The notes beneath the pieces were generated by a model, which saw only the letters and a list, made by a program, of their open reading frames with translations, was not told the DNA's origin and searched no databases. This document shows, piece by piece, positions 14,301 through 27,069 of a stretch of DNA of 64,000 bases (the stretch's first letter is position 1; every line of letters begins with the position of its first letter). The stretch comes from Dendrobates tinctorius (Eukaryota), in NCBI RefSeq assembly GCF_039654945.1, contig NW_027361684.1, positions 31,682,001-31,746,000 of the forward strand. The letters are read 5' to 3'. The translations under genes and the position numbers were made by a program.

Positions 14301-14915
14301 GAAAAAAAGTTAAACGTTCTTTTTTTTCACATTCCAAAAATTCCCCTGAAGCACCTGAAGGATTGATAAACTTCTTGAATGTGGTTTTGAGCACCTTTAC
14401 GGATGCAGTTTCTAGAATGGTGTCACTCTTGGGTATTTTCTGCCATATAGACCCTTCAAAGTCACTTCAAATGTGATGTGGTCCCTAAAAAAATGTTTTT
14501 TTAAATTTTGTTGGAAAAATGAGAAATCACTGATCAACTTTTAACCTTTATATCTTCCTGATAAAAGAATATGTTTCAAAAATTGTGCTGATGTAAAGTA
14601 GACATGTGGAAAATGTTATTTATTAACTATTTTGTGTGACATATCTCTCTGCTTTTAGGACATAAACATTAAAAGTTTGACATTTGCAATATCTTTTAAA
14701 TTTCCACCAAATTTTTGTTTTTTTCACAAATAAATTTGTGAAATTTGAAGAAATTTGAGCACTATCGTGAAGTACAGTATGTTACGAAAAACATTCTCAA
14801 AATCAGTGGGATTCGTTGAAGAGTTAGAGCTATTACCACATAAAGTGACACTGGTGAGAAAGAAAGATAGCTTAGGAATGAAGGTGCAAATAGCCTTGTG
14901 GGGGTGGGGGTTGTA
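11330..14915. mobile_element. Old non-coding DNA-transposon relic, probably piggyBac-like, with MITE insertions (~12335-12700, ~13480-13625)
   Basis: AT-rich, with internally repeated ~250-bp blocks (ccaaaatggtgtcac...ggggtttcca...taggcac). TTAA-CCCCTT-type ends occur nearby (8890-8898, 9953-9962). No ORF. Confidence 0.4.
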
Positions 14916-15365
14916 AATGGAGTAAAAACATTTATTTTACTTTTCACTTGTTATTCCCATTAGTGGAACTGAATCTGCGATTATCTGATTGCTTGTACTA
15001 TATACAGCAGAAATAATCATGGTCTCCTTTGAAGCTCGGCCATTGGATGGGGTTCAAACTAGCTCTGTAATGGCAAGCAGATGTCTTCTACCCATCACTT
15101 CAAGGGCGTGCCAATGTGGGCATCGAATGTACATGTACCTATGCCAGCGAGTGTTAAATGCCAAAGCCAGAAGTTGACAGCAGCCTGTAACAGGTTAACC
15201 ATTGGGTTAAAATATAAATATAAAATATAAATCTGTTGCGAGCATCAAGTCTGCATGATGTAGTCTGTTCCTAGATCATGCAATTGTATCATATAAAAGT
15301 ATTGTACTGAATTAGACCAGAATTGAACCAGAAGGGAACTGAATGTAACTGGATACCTAGTCACA

Positions 15366-18300
15366 TTGTTTCTGTTTGTCTTCACTCTCACCCACATAGT
15401 CCTTCACTTCATACTAACCATTCTAATCTCTACACCTAGTAATGAACTGATTATCTCTCCCTCCATCCTCCCCATCCATCTCACCTTCTCCTCAGATTTG
15501 TTCCTCAACATGCAATCTTTTGTCTCCAAACACAGACAGCCACCTCATGCCCTCTCCAGCTCCCTCCTACTAAGACTTTCTCTGCTCCTCCTCACTGCCG
15601 GTGATATCTCTCCAAATCCTGGCCCTCGTCACCACATCCCTACAGTCACTTCTAACTCTCATCTGCGATCAATCACAAATTTCCTCAACCTTTCTAGCCT
15701 CATAGCCACTCACCCAGCCCCTACTCCCCCAATCCCTCTAACAGGAGGTCTATGGAACGATCGCTCTGCCTGTTACAAACTATCGTATATCCATCATCTT
15801 TTCCTTTCCTTCCTCAGCATCACTGAAACCTGGCTCACCCCTTATGTCTAGCTATCACCCTATATCACTTCTCCCCTATGCTTCAAAACTGCTGGAACAA
15901 GTCCATCTTGAACTGTCCTCCCACCCCTCTTCCTGCTCCCTCTTTGACCGCTTATAATCTGCCTTCTGACAGCATCATTCAACCAAAACTGCCCTCACTA
16001 ACGTCACCAATGACCTACTATCCACCAAATCCAAGTGACACTACTCTGTCCTCTTCCTCCTGGACCTGTCATCTGCTTTTGACACAGTCGACCATTCCCT
16101 TTTACTGCAGATTCTCTCATCTCTTGTCATCACAGATTTGACCCTATCTTGGATCTCTTCACACCTAACAGACTGAATATTCAGTGTCTCCCACTCGCAC
16201 ACCACCTCCTCACCTCACCCACTATCTGTTGGTGTCCCCAGGGTTCTGTTCTAGGACCCCTGCTCTTCTCCATTTAAGCCTTTGGCCTGGGAGAGCTCAT
16301 AGAGTCCCATGGCTTTCAGTATCACCTCTATGCTGATTGCACACAGATCTACATCTCTGGTCCCGATTTAACCTCCTTACTGTAACGGGCTGGCGGAACG
16401 CACCAAATAATAAAGATTGTATTTAGGTGCGTCCGCAGCCCGGGGTCCACCATGCAGAGGTGTTAACTGCTGCTCGGTAATGGTGGACGCGATATGGCAG
16501 TATAATAACGGAACACACGGGGTTAACCTCACCCAATGTGCACAGAGGCGGACTCTGTTATCTCACAGAGCTGCATAACCGCCAAATAATAAATGCCGTA
16601 GCCTGTTATTGCTCACAGAGCTCGGCAGTGTGAGCGCTAGCGTATAGTCACAGAACTCAGCCCTTAGACCGCAGGACTGAAGTCCCTCTAGACCGCTAGC
16701 ACTCGGCACAGTGACTGCGATGCCAGCAAGGGTTAAATAAATTACACGTGCAAGTATGCACAGTGCCGCTCAGGTGGATGCCACTAATCGTTCTGGTTTG
16801 GGCCAGATAAGCGCACAGGTTGCGCAAGGTGTTGCACCGGCGTGGCTGTCACTTGCCGCAGTTTGATAGTGCCCTGCAGTGGGCAACACCATGGGACGCT
16901 AGTGTGCAGACGGCTGGTATGCACTGTGGCCTATAGACTAGACACTGACAGGCGCTGACTCAGACTCTAAACCCTACCAACATATGTATCAAAAGGGAAG
17001 GGGTTTCATAATGAGTCAGTCACCAGATTCATCCATCCATCATCATACACTCCAAACTATTTGAGTCTATACTAGCGCATGGCCGAGTGGCCATGCGACC
17101 CTTTTATAGCAGCATCCTTCTGGGCCTTCCTGACCTGCCTGATGGTCCAATCCGAGCTGGAGAAGGACCTGAGCATGTGACCTTCGATCTCCAATGAGAG
17201 ATCGTCCCAAGGGCATGCTCAGTGGACCGAAAGGAGGACTTAGTCCCTGGAGTAGCTCGCTGCTCACCAGCCTGCGTTGCTATAGCTGGACCAGAGGTTG
17301 CAGCAGCAACTAAACCTACATAGCTGGTCTGAGCAGAGCGCCTGGATTGATGAGTCTGCTGAGCAGCCTCCTGTGCGGCCGGAGAGGAATGGGAGACTGC
17401 CGAATGCAAGGCTCGGGATTCCTGCTGTGCAGCGACCGGAACCCGGCGCCTAACACTTATAAACCAGTATCCCACAATGTCTATCTGCACTTTAATCTTT
17501 CTCCTCTGCTAGATTTCTAAAACTCAAGATGGACAAAACAGAATTCATCCTCTTTTTCCAATCTCGCCCAACAGCCCTATCCATTAAAGTAAATGGCTGC
17601 TCACTCTCCCCAGTCTCACAAGCTCACTGCCTCAGGGTAACCCTGGACTCTAATCTCTCCTTTAAACCACATATCTAAGCCCTTCCTGCCAACTCAAACT
17701 CAAAAATATTTCCAGAATCCGCACATTCCTTAATCAGGAATCTGAAAAAACACCAGTGCATGCCCTCATCATCTCCTGCCTTGACTACTGCAACCTCCTG
17801 CTCTCTGAACTCCCCTCTAACACGCTTGCACCCCTCCAATCTATCCTAAACTCTGCTGCCCGACTTATCCTCCTGCCCCCTGCTATTCCCCAGCCTCTCC
17901 TCTCTGTCAATCCCTTCACTGGCTCCCCCATTGCCCAGAGACTCCAGTTGAAAACCCTAGCCCTGGCATAAAAAAAATCCACAACCTGTCTCCTCTATAC
18001 ATCTGTGACCTAGTCTCCCGATACTTACATGCACGCAACCTCCCATCCGTACAAGATCTTCTCTACTCCCCTCTAATCTCCTCTTCCCACAATCGCATAA
18101 AAGATTTCTCCCATGCATCACCCCTACTCTGGAACTCTCTACCCCAATATATTAGTCTCTTACCTGGCATGAAAACCTTCAAAACAAACCTGAAGACCTA
18201 CCTCTTCTGACAAACCTGCAAACTGTAGTAAGCCTCGTTCCACCATACCGCTGCACGACCAGCTCTAATCTCACCTACTGTATCCTCACCCATCCATTTT

Positions 18301-18395
18301 ACATTGTGAGCCCTCATGGGCAGGGTCCTCTCTCCTTCTGTACTATTCGGTGACTTGTATTGTTTAAGATTATTGTACTTGTTATTTATTATACC
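15366..18395 (+). mobile_element. Decayed L2 LINE (2A-like peptide, APE fragment, RT, 3' tail)
   Basis: [62 protein letters not shown], typical L2 tail; many frameshifts and an internal deletion. Confidence 0.88.
16381..17455. mobile_element. Solo LTR inserted in the L2 RT
   Basis: TGTAAC...CTAACA ends; 5-bp TSD cttac/cttat; the L2 sequence resumes after it. Confidence 0.8.
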
Positions 18396-20550
18396 ATAAA
18401 AGTTTCATGGAAGCAATACCCATTAAAACATTAGTAGTAGATGAAAGATATACTTTGCATACACTATGTAATGGGTCTATATATGGACACAATAGGACAA
18501 TCGTAAAAAATTAATTGCATATAGAAGGAGAAAAAGGAGTGATCAAAAAAGTCCAATACAATTATATAAGAAAATACAAAATCAATTTTATTCAAATATA
18601 TCAGGGATGAAGGAAATGGTGGGCTAAAAGTCAAATGACCACAAAAAGTACATGAGCAAAACGGGGTACACACAGGGTAGCAGGACCAAAGGAATGGGGA
18701 TTAGTTTTAGCATAGCATAGTAGCATGTTACAACAGTATATTGGTTTGATAAAGAGTCACTGCACATGTAAATTTTGCTCAAGTATATTTGATGGTGAAG
18801 ATGCGACAGTTGACGTTTCGGCCTTACAACGGCCTTTATCCTATAGTCGCTGAAAAAGAAAATATATAAAGTGAAAATCAAAGAAATATATACAAAATAA
18901 ATACAGAACAAGTATCTCACAAAAGGTGCATATCTGATGAGTAACACGCCGTATGATCATTTGAGAACGTAGAGATTTTTTTCGAGACAAGAAAAGAGGA
19001 GAAAGCAGGCATGGCGGTAGATAGAACACAACTACATAGAAAAAACATTGAAGTGAGGTCATACCCCTTTAGCAAAGAGAGATTGTAGTCACCGGGTAAA
19101 TAGTTTCACTGCTAGGCAATATTTCTAAATTCTGCAGATCGTCCTGTAAGGGGGGGTTGAATAGAAGCATAGTTAGATGGGCACAAAAAATGCATATTAA
19201 CTTCATGAGGTATGGCATTCTTGCTACAATGTCTAAAGACATGAATCTCAATATCTCTATATCAGGGTAGAAAATAGTTGTTGTAGCTGAATAGAATGTA
19301 AGCCATGTAATGTGAAAAGTGCAGCACAATTCCTCAAATTGATATAGTTAATCTTATGGTTTTAGCCATAGGAACATGAAAAAAGCGGGGGATCAGTGGG
19401 AAGGATTAGATACCTCTGAGGTCAGTGGTCCTGATTCCTGAAACGCTAAAATTGTTGAGGTATGCCAAAACTGCGGTGAAATGAGAGAAGTGTCCCATGA
19501 GAACAAAAAAAGGGGGGGCTATATTGATGGTATAGCAGTCGTTCCTTTAAGGCATATATAGTATAAAAAGTGCAGCACAATATCTCAAACTGATATAGTA
19601 ACTCATATGGCTTTAGCAATGGCTAATTGTATCTAGGAACATGTAAAAAAATTGCAAAAAAATGGGAACAGTGGGAAAGGTTAGATACCTCAATGGCCAG
19701 TGGTCCTGATTCCTGAGAATCCATAATTGTGCAAGTGTGCCAAAACTACCTTGAATGAGAGAAAAGGTCCCCATAACTATACAATAAGGAGGGGGCTACA
19801 ATGGTGGTTTAGCGTTGGTTCCTTTGAGGCATATTACTTACGATCATTGGTGGCAGTGGGAGATGTAGGCACCGCCATGCCTGTGCATTGAGTGAGCGCT
19901 GTGTCTATGTTAGCGCTCTTAACAATGCTTGGGCCGGTCACCTGACCGGAAGTGATGTCAGACGCTGGTGCATGCGCTGTTAAACTCAGCCTTGTCGCCC
20001 CATATGGGGAAACCACCAAAAAAGGCGCGGGATGCCCGTGCATGCGCAGTAGCGCATGATAGAGATCCTTTATACAGAGGGGAGATGCCAAGGGGCGGAA
20101 ATATCTTTATAGTGATATCACTATGAGCGAACATATCTGAAAATGATACTGAGAATACAAGTTCTACATTATGTGAAGGACATAAATGAGCGCAAATATA
20201 CCTTGTAATATACATAATATTGAGGCACATGAAATTAGGCATGCGATATAATTACAGCAATCTATTACATAATGCTCACAGATAATAAAGGTGACATTAA
20301 TATATTGTAGGAGTCCAAACTGAAACAGAAGGGGGAGAGAAAAAAGAATAGAGTAGAAGGTATTTTTTATTATTAAGTAGAAAAAAGGAGGGAAAAAGAG
20401 AAAAAATATGAAATGGGGAGATGAATTAGTAACAGAGGACAGAGGAGGAGCGCCGAGGAGATGGCTGCTCTGGCATGAGGCTCCTGAGTTTTTTAGTTTT
20501 TTACCCCGTTTAATTGTTAATTCTCCCTTTGGTTCACTCACCATTGCATA

Positions 20551-21037
20551 GCTACAGGATTCGGCAGAGCTGGGAGTAGTGTGGAGACTGCAATCAGCTG
20601 GGACCGGTGTCTTTCTGTCCTCGTGGAGCTCCGTGCCTGGATTCAGCTGGGAGAGAGTGAAGCTGCTGGCTGCCTGCCAACTTTCCTACAACTTGTACCC
20701 ATTTCCAGCAAGCAGATGATCCCAGGATAGGAAACCTGGTGGAGTGTGCGGTGCTGGAGTTGTTCTGGAGATCTTGTGGTCCACGTGGAGCTGTAGGGCT
20801 ACAGGATTCGGCAGTGCTGGGAGTAGTGTGGAGACTTCGACCAGCTGGGACCGGTGTCTTTCTGTCCTCGTGGAGCTCCGTGCCTGGTTTCAGCTGGGAG
20901 AGAGTGAAGCTGCTGGCTGCCTGCCAACTTTCCTACAACTTGTACCCATTTCCAGCATGCAGATGATCCCGGGATAGGAAAGCTGGTGGAGTGTGCGGTG
21001 CTGGAGATGTTCTGGAGATCTTGTGGTCCAGGTGGAG
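20551..21037. repeat. 247-bp tandem duplication in the LINE 5' UTR
   Basis: gctacaggattcggcag at 20551 and 20798; two highly similar copies. Confidence 0.9.
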
Positions 21038-21217
21038 TTGAAGGGGTGAGCTGGGCAGGTTTGGATTGACTGTTGGCGTGTCCCCTGATGTCCCTGTCTT
21101 GTTGCACCCATGCCCTCCCCCCCAGCAGTGCTGGGAGCACCCTTTATGGAAAGTTGTACATTTAACTCTGCTAAGCTGTGACTGTTCAGTCTTTATAGCT
21201 ACAAGCTGAGTGTAATC

Positions 21218-24080
21218 ATGGCCACTGCACTCTGCAAACCTACTCTTATGATTTCAAGGGACGATTTATTATTCTGTAATCATCCACAATTTCTCATGGA
21301 CTCCCCTTCTTGGAGCATGATTGCTAATTCAACAATTGAGTACATAAAATCCATTACTTCTGTGAAACCTGTGGAGGTGTACTGCAAGAGAGGTAGGAGA
21401 GGAGGCGTCCTGGCACGCCTTCGGAGGAGAGGGTTCAGAACAGCTCTTCCTTCACTCCACTTGGCTAATGTCCGTTCCTTATCTAACAAAATGGAGGATC
21501 TGAGCTTACTTTGTAACATGAGATCTGATATGGCCAATTCAGCTGCTCTTTGTTTTACTGAGACCTGGTTGAATAAGACCATCCCTGATTGTAGTCTGGA
21601 TCTACCTGGTTTTGTTATCTACAGAGCTGACCGTGATTGTGTAGCTTCAGGTAAACAAAGGGGGGGTGGGGTATGTCTCTACATCAACACTAGCTGGTGC
21701 TGCGATGTTAACATACTGGGAAAAAGTTGCTCTCCAGATCCAGAGTACCTTGCACTCAATTGTAGACCATTTTACTCTCCAAGAGAGTTTTCATCTATGG
21801 TTCTGGTTGCAGTATATATTCCCCCTCAAGCATCTGTTAAAGCTGCTATTGGTGAATTAGCTTGCAAAATATCAGAATGGGAGAAAGGATCTCCAGAAGC
21901 ATTTGTGATCGTAATGGGGGACTTTAACAAAGGAAAACTCAACCTGGATCTCCCCAAATTTACTCAACATATAAACTGCTTCACGAGAGAGAACAATACG
22001 CTTGATCACTGCTATACAGTCATAAAAGGGGCCTACAGGGCAGTGAGAAGAGCAGCAGTGGGCTTTTCAGATCATTGTCTAATTCATTTAATTCCAGCCT
22101 ACAGGCAGAGGTTGAAAACATCCAAACCTACAGTTTATACAAAGAAGACATAGTCTGAGGAGGCAAAATTGCAACTACAAGCATGCTTTGAATGCACGGA
22201 CTGGGAGGTATTCCAGGAAACATGCTCGGGTCTGGATGAATGGGTTGATGCAGTGTCCTCATATATCCGTTTTTGTGAAGACACGTTTATTCCATCCAAA
22301 TCTGTCCACTTTCGGGGAAACAACAAGCCGTGGTTTACAAATAAAGTCAGGTTGATCCGTAAGAGAAAAGAGGAGGCTTATAAAGCAGGCGATATTACTG
22401 AATTCAAGAAACTTAGGAACTCGCTATCTAAAGAGATCAAGTTAGCCAAACACGAGTATGCAAAGATTCTGGAGGAAAGGTTCTCATCAAAAGATACTAG
22501 ATCTGCATGGAGAGGATTAAGAGAGGTCATCAATTATAAAAGCCACCCCACTATAGTGAACCCCAGCAGAAGTCTGGCAGCAGAGTTAAATGAATTCTAC
22601 TGCAGATTTGAGGCAAGCTCTACACACAGTGGCTATTCATCTCTAAGCTCCTCAGTCTGTTCATATAAAGATCATTCATTGTGCAACACCCAAGTAGTGA
22701 TCTCCGAGGCAGAGGTGATACGCATCCTGAAGGGACTTAAGGTCAAAAAGGCACCTGGCCCTGATGGTGTATCTCCAATGTGTCTGAAAGTATGTGCTAC
22801 CCAGCTTGCCCCTATACTGACAAATATATACAATGTGTCACTGAAAGAGTGCGTTGTACCTCAGTGTTGGAAAAATTCCACAATTATCCCTGTCCCCAAG
22901 AAAGTGGGATCCTCTGAGTTGAACGACTACAGACCAGTAGCACTCACATCTGTAGCTATGAAAGTCTTCGAAAGAATTATGATGTCCCACCTGATAAAAT
23001 TCACGCAGAAGCTATGGGACCCGCTTCAGTTTGCCTATAAGGAGAATCGTTCGGCAAACGACACTGTCAATCTGGCACTGAAGTACATTTTGGATCATAC
23101 AGATGAACTGCACTCATATGTCCGGATTCTTTTCATGGACTTTAGCTCAGCGTTCAATACCATTGATCCGAATTTACTTCATAAGAAAATGGTAGCTCTT
23201 GGAGTCCCTCTCAACTTATGCTTGTGGATTTATAACTTCCTGACAGCCAGGATACAGAGTGTAAAATTTGGACCATTCACTTCGGACACCTTGGTCACAA
23301 ACATCGGGGCACCTCAGGGGTGTGTTTTGTCCCCGTTACTGTTTTCTCTCTATACAAATGATTGCATCTCTTCAGCAGACTCAGTAAAAATCTTGAAATT
23401 TGCCGATGATATAACACTGATTGGTCTCATCAGGGGAAATGCTGAAGACTTGTATCGGAGTGAGGTGGAAAGAATATGTGACTGGTGTAAAGCCAATAAT
23501 CTTGTACTCAACACTAAAAAAACTGCTGAGATGGTTGTGGATTTTAGGAAAGATCAGCATGAGATACTTCCAATCTACATCCATGACGAAGTGGTTCTTA
23601 GGGTCACAGAGACCAAATTCCTTGGTGTTATCATCTCTCATGATCTTAAATGGGGGAAAAACGTGGATGCTGTTATAAGAAAAGCACAACAGAGGATGTT
23701 CTTCCTGCGTCAGCTGAAAAGATATGGTTTGTCTAAGAATCTGCTGATCTTATTCTTTAATGCTGTCATCAGATCTGTGATTTGTTCCTCTCTGATAGTC
23801 TGGTATGGGGGAGCCACTGCGCATGACAAACTCCGCTTACAAAGGACTTTCAGAACAGCAGAGAGAATTATAGGTTCCCCCTGCCTAAAATCCAGGATCT
23901 TTAAGATAAGAGTATTGGATCCCATGCATTGAAAATTTCATCCGATCCCTCTCACCCGGGACACTCCTCATTCCAACTACTCCCTTCAGGACGTCGCTTC
24001 AGAGTCCCCAAATGCAGCAGCAACTGCCATATGAACAGCTTCTATCCACTCTCTGTTCAACAAATAAATCGTCATGTGTA
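21218..24080 (+). pseudogene. APE-RT ORF of the Rex1/Babar element, with one nonsense codon (22151-22153) and a frameshift near 23880
   Basis: ORFs 21218-22153 and 22169-23932 share a frame. Motifs NVRSL, FTETWL, MGDFN, SDH, DFSSAFNTI, GAPQGCVLSP, KFADD. Confidence 0.9.
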
Positions 24081-27029
24081 GACTATATACTGTATCTGTC
24101 TTGTTAGATGTTACTTGTTGTATCTGTTGTTATATATTATGTTGCCTCTTTGCCACAAAGAATTCCTTGTATATATGTAATATGTACTTGGCGATAATAA
24201 ATTTGATTTGATTTGATTGATTTGTTTGATTTGATTTGTAAGGGACCTGCGGGTTGACCTAAAAAAATTTTTTGTTGAGAATCAAATTATTAGACAAAAT
24301 AGAATGGTAAATGCAGGAAAATAAGGAGAAAAAAATGTTTAAGAAAGATAAATGATTTAGGGAAGTGAGAAATATATAAATGAAAAAATAAAAAAATTAA
24401 AAATAAAAATAAATAAAATTGAAAATGAAAAAGGTAGAAGCATAAAATGATGGAAAATGGAAAAAATATAAAATAAAAGAAAAATAGAGATAAGCCAAAA
24501 CAAAAACCAAAATAATCAAAATAAAAGTAGATGGAAATGAAAAAATAAAACATGAAAAAAAATTGAAAAAATAGAATAAAAAATGAAAATATAAGGAAAA
24601 AAGGAAAAAAAGGAAAACATTCCTTAAAAGGTTGTGAAAGTAGTTTCATATCTTACCGCCATGGAAGATGTCAAAAGAAACTCATGTGAGCAAACGATCA
24701 ATGGGTCTAAAGAGGAAAAAAAGGGGGGTTATCAGATTAGCCAATCAATTTTACGGTTGAGGCCTTTGGGATGTAGGGTGTCGAGAGTATAAATCCAATA
24801 GGTCTCACGCTGCTTAAGTATGCGAACATGGTTACCACCCCTCTTGGGCCTAGGTACTCTTTCTATGAATTGGTACCTCAGCTGGGACACATTGTGTTGA
24901 GCTTCCTTGAAGTCCCTGACCGAATTTCCAGCCATAAGTCGACCATCAGGTGGGAAAAAACATGGCTCCCACTACCTGCCCACTTCAAGGAAGCTCGATA
25001 CAATGTGTCCCAGCTGAGGTACTAAATCACAGAAAGAGTACCTAGGCCCAAGAGGGGTGGTAACCATGTTCGCATACTTAAGCAGCGTGAGATCTACTTA
25101 ATAATAAAAAATACCTTCCACTCTATTCTTTTTTCTCTCCCCCTTCTGTTATTTCAGTTTGGATTCCTACAATATATTAATGTCACCTTTATTATCTGTG
25201 AGCATTATACAATAGATTGCTGTAATTATATCGCATGCCTAATTTCATGTGCCTCAATATTATGTATATTACAAGGTATATTTGCGTTCATTTATGTCCT
25301 TCACATAGAGCTTGTATTCTCAGTATCATTTTCAGATATGTTCGCTCATAGCGATATCACTATAAAGATATTTCCGCCCCTTGGTGTCTCCCCTCTGTAT
25401 AAAGGATCTATATCACGCGCTACTGCGCATGCGCGGGCATCCCGCGCCATCTTTTTGGTGGTTTCCCCATATGGGGTGACAAGGCTGCGTTTAACAGCGC
25501 ATGCACCGGCGTCTGACATCACTTCCGGTCAGGTGACCGGCTCCAGCATTGTTAAGAGCGCTAACATAGACACAGCGCTCACTCAATGCACAGGCATGGC
25601 GGTGCCTACATCTCCCACTGCCACCAATGATCGTAAGTAATATGCCTCAAAGGAACCAACGCTAAACCACCATTGTAGCCCCCTCCTTATTGTATAGTTA
25701 TGGGGACCTTTTCTCTCATTCAAGGTAGTTTTGGCACACTTGCACAATTATGGATTCTCAGGAATCAGGACCACTGGCCATTGAGGTATCTAACCTTTCC
25801 CACTGTTCCCATTTTTTTGCAATTTTTTTACATGTTCCTAGATACAATTAGCCATTGCTAAAGCCATATGAGTTACTATATCAGTTTGAGATATTGTGCT
25901 GCACTTTTTATACAATATATGCCTTAAAGGAACGACTGCTATACCATCAATATAGCCCCCCCCTTTTTTGTTCTCATGGGACACTTCTCTCATTTCACCG
26001 CAGTTTTGGCATACCTCAACAATTTTAGCGTTTCAGGAATCAGGACCACTGACCTCAGAGGTATCTAACCCTTCCCACTGATCCCCCGCTTTTTTTCATG
26101 TTCCTATGGCTAAAACCATAAGATTAACTATATCAATTTGAGGAATTGTGCTGCACTTTTCACATTACATGGCTTACATTCTATTCAGCTACAACAACTA
26201 TTTTCTACCCTGATATAGAGATATTGAGATTCATGTCTTTAGACATTGTAGCAAGAATGCCATACCTCTTGAAGTTAATATGCATTTTTTGTGCCCATCT
26301 AACTATGCTTCTATACAACCCCCCCTTACAGGACGATCTGCAGAATTTAGAAATATTGCCTAGCAGTGAAACTATTTACCCGGTGACTACAATCTCTCTT
26401 CTCTAAAGGGGTATGACCTCACTTCAATGTTTTTTCTATGTTTTTTCTATATAGTTGTGTTCTGTCTACTGCCATGCCTGCTTTCTCCTCTTTTCTTGTC
26501 TCGAAAAAAATCTCTACGTTCTCAAATGATCATGTTACTCATCAGATACGCACCTTTGTGAGATACTTGTTCTGTATTTATTTTGTGTATATTTCTTTGA
26601 TTTTCACTGTATATATTTTATTTTTTCAGGGACTATATGATAAAGGCCGTTGTGAGGCCAAAACGTCAACTGTCTCTTCTTCACCGTCAAGTATAAATAA
26701 AAATATTCCACTTGAGCAAAACTTACGTGTGCAGTGACTCTTTATCAAATCTATGCTTACGGGACTACCAGTTCCCTTTTCACTAGCACCGTATATCTAC
26801 ACCATCCAGTCGAATCCTAACCATCTCTACTATCTATTACAACAGTATATTGCACTATCCCAATTCACAGTAACATACAAAGTCAAAACATGAATTACAT
26901 TGTCCCAAGTCACAATATAACCACCAGATATGACGTACAAAAGTTGTGGAAAGGACAAGGGATAAATAGACTAGATATATATATATTACCTTTCCTGGTA
27001 TATGGATAGAGTCCACCCTGGCGTGCCCC

Positions 27030-27069
27030 CCCCCACTCACGTTTCGGCTATATGGCCTTTATCAAGGGG
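27030..27069 (-). ncRNA. Minimal type I hammerhead-like motif (variant core) in the PLE-2 3' pseudo-LTR
   Basis: CCCC-TTGATAA-A-GGC catata GCC-GAAAC-GTGAGT-GGGG on the minus strand. Confidence 0.55.

Larger units (their letters stand above)
20450..24238 (+). mobile_element. Rex1/Babar-type non-LTR retrotransposon, near full length
   Basis: 5' UTR, APE + RT, C-terminal DPSHPGH..FQLLPSGRR signature, AATAAA and (GATTT)n tail; inserted in the left arm of PLE-1. Confidence 0.88.
18744..26836. mobile_element. Palindromic, 5'-truncated Penelope-like element (PLE-1)
   Basis: 16-bp TSD TTACAACAGTATATTG at 18728-18743 and 26837-26852. Inverted arms 18745-20380 vs 25094-26749 and 24803-24912 vs 24980-25093. 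GIY-YIG C-terminal peptide ...LKQRETYWIYTLDTLHPKGLN (24732-24935, minus). Confidence 0.85.

Noticed and set aside
22151-22153. Programmed stop-codon readthrough between APE and RT
   Set aside because: A TGG-to-TAG nonsense mutation is simpler, and the copy has another lesion.
24290-24649. Phe-rich membrane-protein-like ORF
   Set aside because: Low-complexity T-rich Penelope 3' region.
18745-26749. Giant-TIR DNA transposon (Polinton or foldback) carrying an RT gene
   Set aside because: The arms are Penelope 3' sequence meeting at ~24940, and the RT belongs to an independent LINE with its own tail.
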